DNA of 64,000 nt from Takakia lepidozioides (lineage: Eukaryota; Plantae; Bryophyta), in NCBI GenBank assembly GCA_030704615.1, contig CM060733.1, positions 5,022,001 through 5,086,000 of the forward strand, given 5' to 3'. This document shows positions 35,135 through 47,517 of the stretch, in pieces. Numbering within the stretch: the first letter of the stretch is position 1; each line of letters starts with the position of its first letter. The position numbers and the translations under genes were made by a program. Below the pieces are notes generated by a model, which ran no database searches, was not told where the DNA came from, and saw only the letters and a program-made list of their open reading frames with translations.

Positions 35135-36796
35135 ATGGATGGTGGACAGGGAGAACATGGCATCGCGTGCCCTAGCCAGGGTATGCTTGCAGTTGTAGAT
35201 AGTCGAGAGAAGTTGCTTATAGACTTGGAAGATTACCTGGGTGTCTCGAAAGAGACACAACAGCATCTTGAAGATGAGAAGGGGCTCATCAACAGGACAG
35301 CTACACAGATGGTGGCACTCTCAGCACAGCCCCAGGTGGTACATGCAGATAGATTCATCCCTGCAGTTGTACATAAGAGAGCTAAGCTGTTAGACAGCTT
35401 AAAAGACCACATGCACGTCTTGGAAGAGACAACGCAGGTGCTAGAAGTGGAGAGAGGGGAATTGCAAAGGATGGCTACCAGCATGCGAGAGTGGCCAGCA
35501 AAGTTGGAAGACCAACACAGAACAAGTGCCAAGTTGAATGGTTCGGACACTTGGGCAGGTGTTCAAGAGCCTTCATGTAAACCCTATGTTTCTCTCTCAG
35601 AAGTGATGGACCCGACCCTTTGGAGCAAATTCCCAGAGGCCCTCCTGGAACTCGTGTTCGCAAGGATGCCAATAGCATGCATCTTCCGTCTTCGCACTCT
35701 CAGCAAACGGTGGAAGTCAGTAATTTTCTCACCCAGCTTTCAACACTCATTTCAGATCTTCGGAAGCCTCCGCCGTGAGAGGCATGGATCCGAAAGTAAT
35801 AGATTAAAATGCGAATTCCGGACTTTTCAGACTAGGTCCACCGAGTTTTCTACTTGGCTCTTCCATTGCATTTTTCTTTCATTGGACTTCGAAGGGCGTA
35901 CAGTCGCAGCAACTGGAGGCCTTCTGTGCTTGTGTAGTTGGGTGACGAAGACGACGACTTTACGAGTAATTATATGTAATCCTCTCACAAGTGCTTGGCG
36001 GGAACTTCCTCCCATTCCTGATGCACGAACGACTCCTGATGCACTAACGACGCCCCGAATAGTTCACATGATGATGGACAACCATACCAAGAATTACACC
36101 CTCGTTGTAGGATTCTCGCGATTAGGCTCAAACAGTTTACTAAGCATCTCAGTCTATGACTCTGGAACTGACCGCTGGAGCGCAACTGATGGTGGGAGTG
36201 ATTTGTTGTTTGGAGCTCTCACAAACAATCTGAACAATCCTACTAACTGTAAGGTGTGTAAGGTATTTGATGGTGCTGGGTATGGTGGTGGCGGAGGAGG
36301 GCGGAGGAGGGCGGAGGATGGTGGTGTCCGAGGATACGTACGCATAAGGCTTTTGGATAACCAAACAGGAGTCTTGGGTGACCTCTCAATGTTACCAGCA
36401 TTACCACCTCAGCGTGCTTCAAATCCTTTGTATCCGTCCGATTAGACGATTTTGGCGGAAAGCAATGGGCTTGTCTTCGCATTCACACCGGTCAACAGGT
36501 ATGTATGGGAATTTCGAAGCGCGGACCAGAGGTGGGTGAGGATTACATGTGTCCCCGAGCGCCTGCAGCTTCACTACCACGATTACTCTTACAATTGTCA
36601 CTCTTTTTTAGTTTGTGGTGACGTGCTTCTGATTGTGGAGGAAACTGTTCAGCGATTCCACACTGAGCGCAGTGTACAACGACACACTGCAATGTACAAC
36701 AAGGCCAAGGACGAGTGGCATAACCTCCGTGAGTTGGAACCGTCGTTTCTGGATGGGGACAGTATGGTTGAATGTAGGTTGGATACAAAACCCTGA
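35135..36796 (+). pseudogene. F-box protein (N-terminal coiled coil, F-box, FBA/kelch-like C-terminus) interrupted by one in-frame TAG at 36443-36445
   Basis: MDPTLWSKFPEALLELVFARMP..RLRTLSKRWKS..SPSF; VAATGGLLC; ICNPLTSAWRELPP; VYDSGTDRW; ORF 36452-36796 is in the same frame. Confidence 0.8.
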
Positions 36797-37249
36797 TTAG
36801 ATGTAGATTGAGGCATTGATTTGTGAGAGTTGCATGACCCAAGTTTTGTAATTTTTCCCATATGCACGCCGAACCTCCTTTTGATGCATCGTTTGGCCTT
36901 CTCTACTTCCTGCAACTTTGCTATGATCAATGGACTCAAAAGCAAATGTTGAGGAGGGTGCTCATAACAGTGTGGACTGTACCCATATTGCAATCTCTCT
37001 TTAAAGGTGATACCATGGCCCCTCTACACAGATCTATTGCCGTTCTAGTTTTGTTATGTGTCAACATATATAGATATACTTTGCATGAATACATATTCAT
37101 TCCACAGTCCATCCATCAAGAGACTTAAGTACCTGCGACGACAGTCAGTACCCTGGTCCTTGCTCTCTCCAAGGATGTTCAAAATTGATTGATCCAGAAT
37201 CGAGTTTACAGTCTGCATCAACCGAGGACCATTGGAGGACTGAGGTAGG

Positions 37250-37620
37250 TAGGTATCTGACCTTCCATACACAGGTGTTCCATGTCATGGTGGGCATTGC
37301 TTGCTGCAGCTGTCATCCCTCGTCATTTCCAAATCGGGCATATCCTGCTATTATGGCACTCCAGTTCACCACATTTCGTTCAGCATTTTGGCGAACGCTC
37401 ACTGGACTCCAGTATTTGGCATACATGTCCATTACGTGCTATTCAGACTCATATTTTGTACAAATCAGTTTTTCATGATGGACATTAGATGGACCTCTTT
37501 GCCCTCTTTCAGAGCTGCTTGGGTCGCACACGCCTTGCAAATGCAAACAAATCTGGCCTAGTTGGGCTTCACCCCTCCTTAGATCATTAATCATACCCAA
37601 GGCCCGGTCTTCTCCTTGCT
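37250..37620 (-). pseudogene. PLS-PPR pseudogene fragment
   Basis: Minus-strand translation gives FVCICKACATQAALKEGKEVH, VMDMYAKY, VVNWSAIIAGYA. Confidence 0.75.
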
Positions 37621-38908
37621 GTGGATGTGCGGAGGGCCTCACATCACCCAGCAGATCAACAGACCAGGCTGTGGAGCTGAAATGGGCATCCTGCTTCCCA
37701 ATGCCGAGCCCGACAACCCTTGCAAGGATAGCTATTACACATTCCCAGCCTTCCGGGAAAGAGAAGAAAGGTATGGGACATGATTTTGGCCCTTCCTCGT
37801 CCTTCCTCCCTTAATCATATACTGGAGGTCCACAGGGGAAGAGTTAGAGCTATCAATTCCCAGTACCCTGACCAAGGGCAGGGAGAGATGTACTGATTGA
37901 CTGTTTTTTGCAAACAATCAGTCTGATTTGTCCTTGAGCTCATAGTCCTCGCACACTATCTAACCTCCAGTTGTGGAGTACCAACCTACCAGGCCATGTA
38001 ACAATATCTCGGTTCCAGGGTTGCTACTCTAACCTCGAATCTCTTGCCGACGTTCCACATTGGCTGTGATAGAGAGAAAGAGAGAGAAAAGAATTCCCAA
38101 GTCGATGTTGTGGGGTGCTATGTTTTATTTTTATGAGTCACCCTCCTTAGCGACTGAGGCAATCTGAAGCTGTCACAGTTCTTAACTTGCAGTTCTTTCA
38201 TGCCAGGTCGAGCAATGAGCAGAGAACAGCTCTGGAAGGAGTTCTTCCGAGAACTTTCACAGTGGTGCGACAACAGGATTGTTAAGGTGGGAAAAGTGTC
38301 AGTTTGGAGTTTGTCAAGGAGTTACTTGACTGATCATGTTTTCTGGACTGCATTTTATCTCCAGCTGCTTAAATGAACAACAATTTGTCTCTTTGGTGGC
38401 TAAAAAGCAGCGAAAGTCTGAGTCTCACTGTTGCTAAGTCTTTCAAGGGGTTTCCAGGTTATTTGTAAGATTTCAGAGCTATGGTAGTTTTATCCTGTTC
38501 TGTGTGAGGTTGTGTTTTAGCCATTCCTGATCTGATGCTCACTCATGGTTTTCACACAATAGTCCAAGATCACCAGACTTTCACCCATAAGAACACAAAG
38601 GAGGTCCTTTGGGTTGAGAGTTGGGCAAACCCTCCTGGGGTGAAAGCAGAGTTTGTTCACGATACAAGGTCCAGCACAGTCAGGTGATGGTTCCATTGTC
38701 AGTCTACATTGGGAAGAGTTGGTGCAGTTTATTCCCAAAGTACATCACCCCAGTTGTCATGAAATTCTTGTGATATTTAACAGGAAAATTGTTCTCGAGA
38801 AGAGTGTTTCTAGGAAGTATCTTGGAACCAAAATAGGATATAATAGGTGCAATTGAGTGTAAGGGTTTTCAAGTAGGAGTTTTGAGTCATGCAGGATGGC
38901 AGGGTTGA

Positions 38909-40448
38909 ATGAGATACTTCTTTAGTGGACAGCAGACCGACTACAAGGATAGCATCTGCACCAGCACCACTGTTTTGGAAAGAGGACCAAGAGACGGACC
39001 CAACAAGAGAGCTCTTTTGAGGGCACTATGTAAGGCAGCGTGGATGAAAGAGGTGCTGTACAATTTGAACCAAGGAGGCACCCTAGCAGATTTTAATACA
39101 TATTGCTGTCTGCACAAGCTGGGACTGCACACGATATCATTCTGGAGACAGCCACATGTATGCCAAATGCGGGAGCATCAGTTCGACAAAATGGCTACAC
39201 ATGTTGTGCTCTCATGTAGTGCAATGGTTGCAGGATATGCTCAGCATGGGTATGGGGCGGAGGCTTTCAATATGTGTGAGCAAATACAACAGAAAGGGGT
39301 GACACCCAATAGTGTCACATTGATTTCCATTCTCAATGCATGTGCCAGCCTAAGGAGACCTTGGAAAGGGAAAGCAAGTCCATGCCAACATCAGCAAGGC
39401 TGGAATTGCATCATATATCATTCTGGAGAATAGCCTTGTTGACATGTATGCCTTTGTTACTGGAGTGCAATGATCAAAGGATATGCTCAGATGGTTGTGG
39501 TAGGGAGGCTTTTGACATGTACAAGCAAATGCAACTCCAAAGGGTTGGTCCCAGACAGGGTCACAATCAATTGCATTGCCAATGCGCGTGCGTGGTCAGA
39601 ATCGGTTTGGTAGAGAGGCCTCCAAATGCAACAGATAGGCTTGAAGCCGGCCAGTAGCACCTTTGGATCTCTTCTCTGCATGCAGTCGTGTGGCCTAGTG
39701 GATGAAGGAAGGCGATCACCATTTTGACTCCCTGAGTCAAGATCATGGGCTCAGCCCTACTGACGAGCGTTTTGGCTGCATGGTGGATATCTTTGGCTAT
39801 GCAGGCCGATTGGACAGGGCAGAGGTCTTCATTGAACCACATGCTACGGTGTGGGGCCTTGCTTGCTGCCTGCAGAATCCATGGCAACAGTGAGCTAGCG
39901 AAGGTACAGCAAAATGACTTCTCAAGTGCGATTCACAGCAGCCTACAACTTTGTGCAACTTTGTGCTGCTATCCGAACATCTTTATGGCTGCTGGCATGT
40001 GGGATGATAAAGCAACTGAGAAAAAAGCACGGAGGAAAGGCATATTAGGAAGGAGCCAGACTCATTGAGGTGGACAAAGGGTGCATACATTCGTTGTAGA
40101 AGACATCTCATCCACAAATTGAGGAAATTCTTTCTGGATTGAAAAGGTTGTCCAGGCAAATGAAGGAGGCCAGGTATGTGCCTGATAGGTGTTTTGTGTT
40201 ACATGATGTGGAGGAGCACCATAAGGAAATTTGTCATTGCCACCACAGTGAGAAAGTGGCCACTTTAGACTCGTAAGCACTCCCCCTGGGATCTCTGTCC
40301 GTGCTATCAAGAACCTTGGGGTGTGTGGTTACTGCCACACTGCCACCAAGTAGATCTCCAAGATTGCTATGCGAGCAATTCTTGTGTGGGATGCCAGCCA
40401 CTTTCATCAATTCCAAGATAGGATTTGTTCTTGTGGGATTACTGGTAA
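38909..40448 (+). pseudogene. PLS-PPR-E-DYW RNA-editing factor pseudogene
   Basis: AMVAGYAQHGYG, TLISILNACASL, CMVDIFGYAGRLD, IEVDK.VHTFVV, HSEK, IKNLGVCGYCHTATK, terminal GAT TAC TGG TAA (DYW-stop); many frameshifts; 5' boundary uncertain. Confidence 0.9.
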
Positions 40449-42439
40449 AATGAGCAATATAAGCATTGCTAATAACTCTGCTGACACTTCTGTCAGTTGA
40501 ATTACCAGCCAGAGAGCAGAAGAAAAGAATTACAAAATTTGACAAAAGCCTCAATTCCCTTGGTGTGCTTGGAAACTCACTAGATGTGGTTCACATTTAG
40601 TTGGAAGAGAGAATTGCACCTTTCTTGCAGCACTTGAATTCATTAACATTCTTCCACATTCTTAAGTTGCATAGTGAAGAGAGGCCAAACCTTCCAAAGG
40701 AGGACATGATGGGCATGACCACAATACAACTTTTAATCAGAATCATTTGCTTATTTGCATCTGTGGTATATGCAATACAATGTTCCAACCAAATGTGTCC
40801 ATACTCTCTTGCTGCCTCAAGCAAATCACTATATGGTTGACAGTCCCCTATCTGTCTGGAGACCTAGTTAGAACCTCCACTTTAAGTTGGTTTGAGCACA
40901 CCAAAGAGTTTGTACTGCTTCAGGGCACTTTACTGAGCTCATGCCCACAGAGATGACCCTTTGTAATCGTAAGGGCTCGCCTGTCTCATTGCGATGCCAT
41001 AGCTTGCTCAACTTAGCCTCAAATGCCTCACACAGTTTTGTGTAGTCCTCCAAATGAACCCTTCTTCATTCCTACGAATTTTTGTCAACAAGCAACCAGT
41101 CTTCAGGAGTGCCCACACCTTTTGCCCATGTTCATGCATGTGAAGCGTGCCGAAAATGATAAGTACCTATACATTATACTCATCATATGTTGATGACGTT
41201 CCTCATCACTATATGCAGGTGGACACCATAGCCGTTTATATAGGAGTGATCCACATCAAGCTATACAAGAACAATCCCAAGTTTGGAGGGTTTCTGCCAC
41301 CAGCCAAGTCAAAACTACTGAGCCAAAAAGCTGGCGAGGTATTTTTCTCTCCACACCTATGCCCAACACACCGCCATGTCAGAATGCTAACCACTTCCAT
41401 GCGCAACATGGACATTGTTCAAGTTCTAATAGAGATGGAGGTGGGGAACAAAGTTGTAGTGTGTAGTTAGAAATTCCATGGTCCACCTCAGAAGAGGGGG
41501 GAAAGAGGGGTGGACACATAACAAGGCAGGCAGTCTCCCATAGTGCTTATCCCAGACTCTGTAGTGGTTGGCATGAGTATATTCTGTAGTGAAAAAGTAT
41601 AGGGGAAGTACCTCATAATCCCACTCCCCATAAAGTCGCTCATCATTTAGTGTTGCCCATACATATATGTATGCTTGCACTGGGCTGCCAACTTCCTCCG
41701 TAGAATCATCCTGTTGAGAAGAATTTGGAAGTTTACACAATCATTTCCACACAAGGTTCCTTCTAGATCGGAGTACCGGGCAAATCACGCTGTACTTTGC
41801 TAGGACATAAGTATCCAGATGCTGTGTGTGCATGTCATTGCCAATTACACTAAAATTTTCCTAGTGGTTCAACTGAGGTTCAGACCTTCCAACATTCAAA
41901 CTAAAAGATTTAAGCAAGTATGAACAGCCTAGATTAGCTTCCATCAAGTGTTGGCCAGCTAATTGACTACGAATAAATGAACTTAAGCATAAAGACAGAT
42001 TCATGACATAATGTAGACTAAGTGCAGCATCCAAAGGTTTATCGAGTTTACCAAAACAAAGGATTTCACAACCACCCTGGAGTATTCAATGTCCTCAAAC
42101 TCGTCCAGCACTGCCAGCTCATGTTCAGTCAAATCATACAGTACCTGCTCCACACTCCTCCTTGAATTAGCTTTTCTCTTTCCTATATTAGTGTCCAGGT
42201 GAGGGTCAAGACGAGATTAGAACCATGGAATCACTGTCTGTGCAATTGTGGCCTTTTACCATCCTTGCTGCAATCAAGGAAAAACATGATACACAACAAA
42301 TACTAACCCTCTTCGAAGTGGTTCATACAACCAGGGTGTGAATCAGCTCATGAGACTGTCATGTAACTCACTCAGATTGGCAATGCGAGGCAAGAAAGAA
42401 ATTTAACACTTCCACCTCAATGGTCACCCAGCATAACCA

Positions 42440-42640
42440 TTCCGAAGCATACATGCACAAGTCGAAAGGGCAGTAAGGGATCCCAACTGCGAATACGTTT
42501 GGGCTTTCCAGATTCCCTCTAGAAAGCCCTTCACACAAGCATCTAGCTGCTGTGTGTATACATGTCAACAGGCCAAAGCCATGTCCCAAGCCAGATAACC
42601 CGGGATTTTGGAATATGCCACTGAAGCCCAAAGAGATATG
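42440..42640 (-). mobile_element. Diverged 3' fragment of an RTE-like LINE
   Basis: TTCCAGATTCCCTCTAGAAAGCCCTTCACACAAGCATC aligns with ~4645-4690. Confidence 0.6.
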
Positions 42641-43025
42641 GAGTTGACTAACAGCTCCAACAGAATTCTATACCCCGGGGGCATTGGACCCGCCAGACCA
42701 CCGCCCGGCGGCCATGTGGTGACCGGGCAATACGCCCGGTAGTACGGAGCCGTGTGGCAACGGCAACGGATATCCCAAGTCAGGGTCCGCCACGTCGGCG
42801 CGTGTACCGCTACTCTGCAATGAATAAGTCCCCAAACCGTTGAGTGATGTCCAATCAGATTCCACCGGATAGATGACGTGGCAGACATTTAGCGGTCAAT
42901 GAGAGCTACCTAATGGACGCGTGTGACTGGAGGGTACTTTCGCCGGATTCCGGCAGCCTGGGCTCCTCCGGCGGGGCCCCTGTCAAATCCTCCCCACCCC
43001 CCTCTTACCTATTATAAATACTTAA

Positions 43026-43999
43026 CTCCTAATGGGGGAGGCTGTTTTTGGTGGGCCCACTCCAAAACAGCACATACCCTCACGGATGAGGGTATATCTT
43101 CCAGCTAACAAACATCCACAGGGATGAACCGGATGAAAGGAAGGCTACCTACCTCATGCACCTGCTGTAAAATTTCCAGCTAATTTTACCGTGTCATTAG
43201 GAAGATTATAACAAAATGGTAAGCCCTAAATCTGTAGTGTACTCCAATTTAGAGGGAAGAATTTGTTTGACCAGGCTGTTCGTCCGAAAAAATATTTGTT
43301 CCTTGCAAGACCCCAACCACATTCCAATTCTGAGGCACCTAAAGCATCTTGCCCCAAATTTGCAAAGCACAATTCCAAAATCTGCATAGGGTTGCTTTGT
43401 ATGGGAAAACAGTGGGGTCAAAATGCACCATTTACCTCAATTGACCTGTAATTCAGCCATGGGGGTCCAAATTGGCATTGGAACCACAATTCCAACGGTG
43501 GAATTGTTCCTTGAATGATTTCCTACTACCTCCAAAAAGAATTTCTGATTTCTAACCAAAATGCAGGCAGAGATTTTAATTCCTACTTGAATCCCAGCTC
43601 AGGCGAAAATATTGCCTGAGCCTGTAGATAATTCCGGCCAAAAAAAGGGGCCAGGTCATGAAAACCCATGAACTCATGGGGGCTATTTTGAGTCTGCTTG
43701 CATTTTGTGGAGCCCCGCTCATACCCGCCTGCCGAAACCCAGCCATCTGCCTGCCACGTGGTAAAGTCAACCCTGTTGGAGGGTCCCAAACCCCTGATTT
43801 TTGGGTACCCCCACCCTTTCCGAAAAATCCTGTCGGCTGTCCTGTAGGGTTTTTAGGGTGCCATCAACACAGGGGGGCGTAGAATTAAATTTCCTACATT
43901 TTTCATTCAGGGCTCGATTTCATCCGAGATCATCTCGATGATTTTCATCCATTCAAAATTTTCCGGCGACCTGATTCAGGTCGCCTCGTCCATTAGGGG
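43026..43999. mobile_element. piggyBac-like non-autonomous element (974 bp)
   Basis: TTAA at 43022-43025 and 44000-44003; imperfect TIR C(T/C)CCTAATGG..GAGGC. Confidence 0.7.
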
Positions 44000-44099
44000 T
44001 TAAGAATCTAAGTGGGTTACAAGATGTGGTGGGTAGCAGGATGGTACGGTAATAGCGTTGCAGGCGGTGAGGTTCAGGGTTTGATTCTTGATGGGAGGT

Positions 44100-44375
44100 G
44101 CTTAATGTAACCCCGGTAGTGTAACCCCTTTGTAACCCCGGTTTCTCTGTAACTCTGGTTAGTCCATTTTAAACTTAATCAAATTTGGACTTAGTCAAAT
44201 TTCGAGACCAAGGTGTGAGTTACAACGAGGGGAGTTACACTCCATTCTGTGTAACCCCGAGTGAAGTTACACACCTCGTTGTGTAACCCGATGTAACCCC
44301 AAGTGGAGTTACACTCCTCGTCGTGTAACTCGAAGTGGAGTTACACACCTCGTTGTGTAATCCAGTGTAACCTGG
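44100..44375. repeat. Cluster of TGTAACCC / GAGTTACAC motifs in both orientations
   Basis: More than 10 copies of GTAAC/GTTAC-centred motifs, some forming short hairpins. Confidence 0.6.
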
Positions 44376-44495
44376 ACTCGACCTTCAATTCCATGTCACT
44401 CTCAAGAGAGGGTGGGGAAGATATGCCGAAACCGGCGTACCATCCTGTCAGTTCTTACATTATTCCTATTATCTTCCTAAAGTGTTCATATGCGG

Positions 44496-45440
44496 TTTTT
44501 TTGTTTTTTAAAGAAAAGGGGATGGAGTCCCTGAAATTTTATAGCAAGGTGGTAAAATGCCATAAGCTTTTAGTACACCCAGGAAAAAATAACCTCCTAA
44601 AGGGTGCCAAAGAGGCTGGCCGAGGAAGTCACTGCTTCGGGACCAAAAGCCTAAGGAAGGAGAGAGCATCTATCTTAAGGAAGGAAAGATGCTAACAAGC
44701 TGCCAAGTGACAAGAGCAGCAATACCCTAGGAAACTCAATAGCTACCGCGCTTTGGCTTGTATGTTTGAAATGAAAGCTGAGTTCTAGAGCGGGTTTTTC
44801 TAAAGGATCGCTAATGCCTCCAATTCACCTCGGACTCCTCTCCATCAGCTGGGGACTGATGCGCACTGAAGGAGCTCCTAGCCATGTGGGATGGTGTCGT
44901 TCCATCGAATTCTCTCGGCCTCCTCGTCTCTAGAGCAAATGGTTCCTCCCCCTCAACACCCGCCAAGCCTTGCGGGCCTCAGACAAGAGGTCTGAGTGAA
45001 CCAAACATAATATCACCCTAGCGCTACACGGCCTGCCATCAAAGATACTCGCGCATCTAGATTTCCATATATGCCACCGAGTTAGAGATCTCAGAGAATA
45101 CCACACAGGCCAGGAAGACCACACATCCTGGTGGATTGCCAAGAACTGTAGAAAGTAATGACATGGTTCCATACAAAGGAGGCAAGGGGGCAATCCACCA
45201 GGCAGCGATCAATAGTTTCGCACGACAGGAAGTACACTGCATAGGAGCCTTTGGGAAATGAGCACGCACAGGCAAGATTCTGTTGACCAATTTCCAAGCA
45301 TTGACCTCCGCAAAAGTAAAAAGCGAGAGGCCAGACTTGCGGTTTGGCATACCTATCTTTGCGCCAAACATCGATGTGGGGCATTGAGACAAGTGGGACC
45401 ATTTTGTGGACCACTTGGCATTGAAATTCAAACTGGCAGG
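44496..45440 (-). mobile_element. 5'-truncated L1 LINE (zf-RVT and 3' end)
   Basis: WKLVNRILP, ETIDRCLVDCP, WYSLRSLTRWHIWKSRC, EARKAW; T-rich tail at 44496-44509; similar to the element at 14586. Confidence 0.8.
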
Positions 45441-47517
45441 CTAATGTATGTTATTAGTTAGGTAGTGCCCAGAAAAAAGAAAAAGAAAAACTCTTATGGG
45501 ACACTGACTGCCACCCAGGTGGTTCTGGGTTCAAATCCAGCTACCTTGCGGGTGTGGTATGTATGATCTTCTCCCTTGACCCTTGTGCTCACTGCTAGGT
45601 GCCTCATGGCAAGGTTACTTTGTTATTACTAAGGGGCCTGACTTGTGTGAGCGGTCGCTCCCTATGTTTTTTTTTTGTTTTTTCAATTTTTGTTTTTTAA
45701 AAAACAAGAAAAAGACAAAAGAAAAAAAAATCAATTTTGTGGATGATATTCGAACGAGTAAATAAAGATGCATAAAGTAGATACAATTCACAACAATTTC
45801 CTACGATGGAATCCATGAAGGTAAATAAAAATGGCTCAGTAATTTATGTCTATTTGAATGTATTGACAAAAAACAAGCTAAAGGAGCATGTGGCTCTCAT
45901 GATGCCCAATGAGCTCCATGGACTCTGGCATATACACTCGTACCTAGAGGCACAAGGGCAATGGCGACACCAGAAGCTACATCAACATCTCCAACTGCAA
46001 GCACTAGTAGTGGGACAAGTAAAGATGGAGCTGGGAAATCCACTCAAGCTCATGCTGCAGCACCACATCCAAGCGTCAATAATTAAACCCCCTTGTTTTG
46101 CTGAAGCATCTTGTGGATTTGTGAGGGGAAATTCCCCTACCCCACCTTAAGGGGACATTCCTTAATGTGGTGTGACCCCATTGGCCACATACAAACAATC
46201 CAATGGAATGTGCAAGTACCTTCAGGTCAGCAAGTACAATGTTCTACATGCCATGGAATTCACTAGGAGCGGTCAAAATACAAAGGCAGAAAACCAGTAG
46301 AGCAATATGGTAATGCAGGCTAAGATGTTGACAGATGCGTTGGGGGGGTTGGTAGAACATGGGGGTTAAGGTCTATAGCGTTGACTCCACCAGGGTTACC
46401 GTCATTGACTCCCGGCTTTGAAAGCACCTCAGAAGCTCGCAGTTTTATAGTTCCCCCGCCATTCCTGCCTTGGATTCTGCCAGTACCCCGCAGTTGGAAT
46501 CTGTTGTTATAAAGCGTGTGAAGGGCAGGAGCAGATGGAGTCGATGGAGAGAGAGATTGTCTGATTTGGGTTTCGCTCAGTGTGTAGAGATCTGCAGAGC
46601 TCTGGAAGAAGAGCTGACGGGAGAAGACGGAGTGACGTTTGGCTCCTTCCTGCTGCCGGGGGTAGGTTGTGTCGGGGCAAGGATGGGAGTTTGGGGATTC
46701 GAACTGTGTATGAGTTCTGGAGATAATTCAGTCATTCTCATGCCTATGCCCAAACTCTCTAGTTTTCGCTTCTTTGTGATGGGGAGAATTCAGATTGCTC
46801 ACCATTCCCACACCTTCTCTGAATCTAATTACTCGAATGATTCCTGTAATCAACAAACTAATACCTCTGGGTAACGGTGGCAATGACGGGCTGTTGTAAT
46901 GGACCAACTATTAATATTTGTAGTACCATGAAAAGTAAGAGAGCGTATATTTATGGGGCAAACTGTACCCGTGACAGCTAAGAGGAATAGGATACAGACG
47001 AAATCTTGTGATGAAGGGAGAATATAAAGCTTGAAGTCAAGTGGGAGGATACCCGAATTTTTGAGCTCACAAAATTTGGGAAAAGGAGTTGTTGAGATCA
47101 TAGGTCTGTAACTCGACAGGGACTAGAGGTACTAGGTACTCGCTCAAGGACGTTCGAGGTGTGCCTCTTGAACAGAGAGACATTCAAAGGCGTGAATTAG
47201 TTTAGAAAAGAAAAAATGTATAACACTGCTCCAATTGGCGGTTCAATTGTACATACACTACTTTTGGACAAAGGCCACATGTATCCTACATTTTCTGGAT
47301 CTTTTCTTCACTGAGTTGAGAACCAGATAGACGATTTTTGTATTGCACCCGATGTCTGAAAGTAATTGTTATTGCTTGATCTGTTCGCAGGTTCATTGAA
47401 GGTTCTTGTTCTGAAAGTTTCAAACTTGCTTGCTCTATCCAGAGCCCCGACATATATATTCTAATATATGTCCTTTTCCTCTTCTGCAGGAACTGTAGGA
47501 CCTTCCTTGGAGACATC

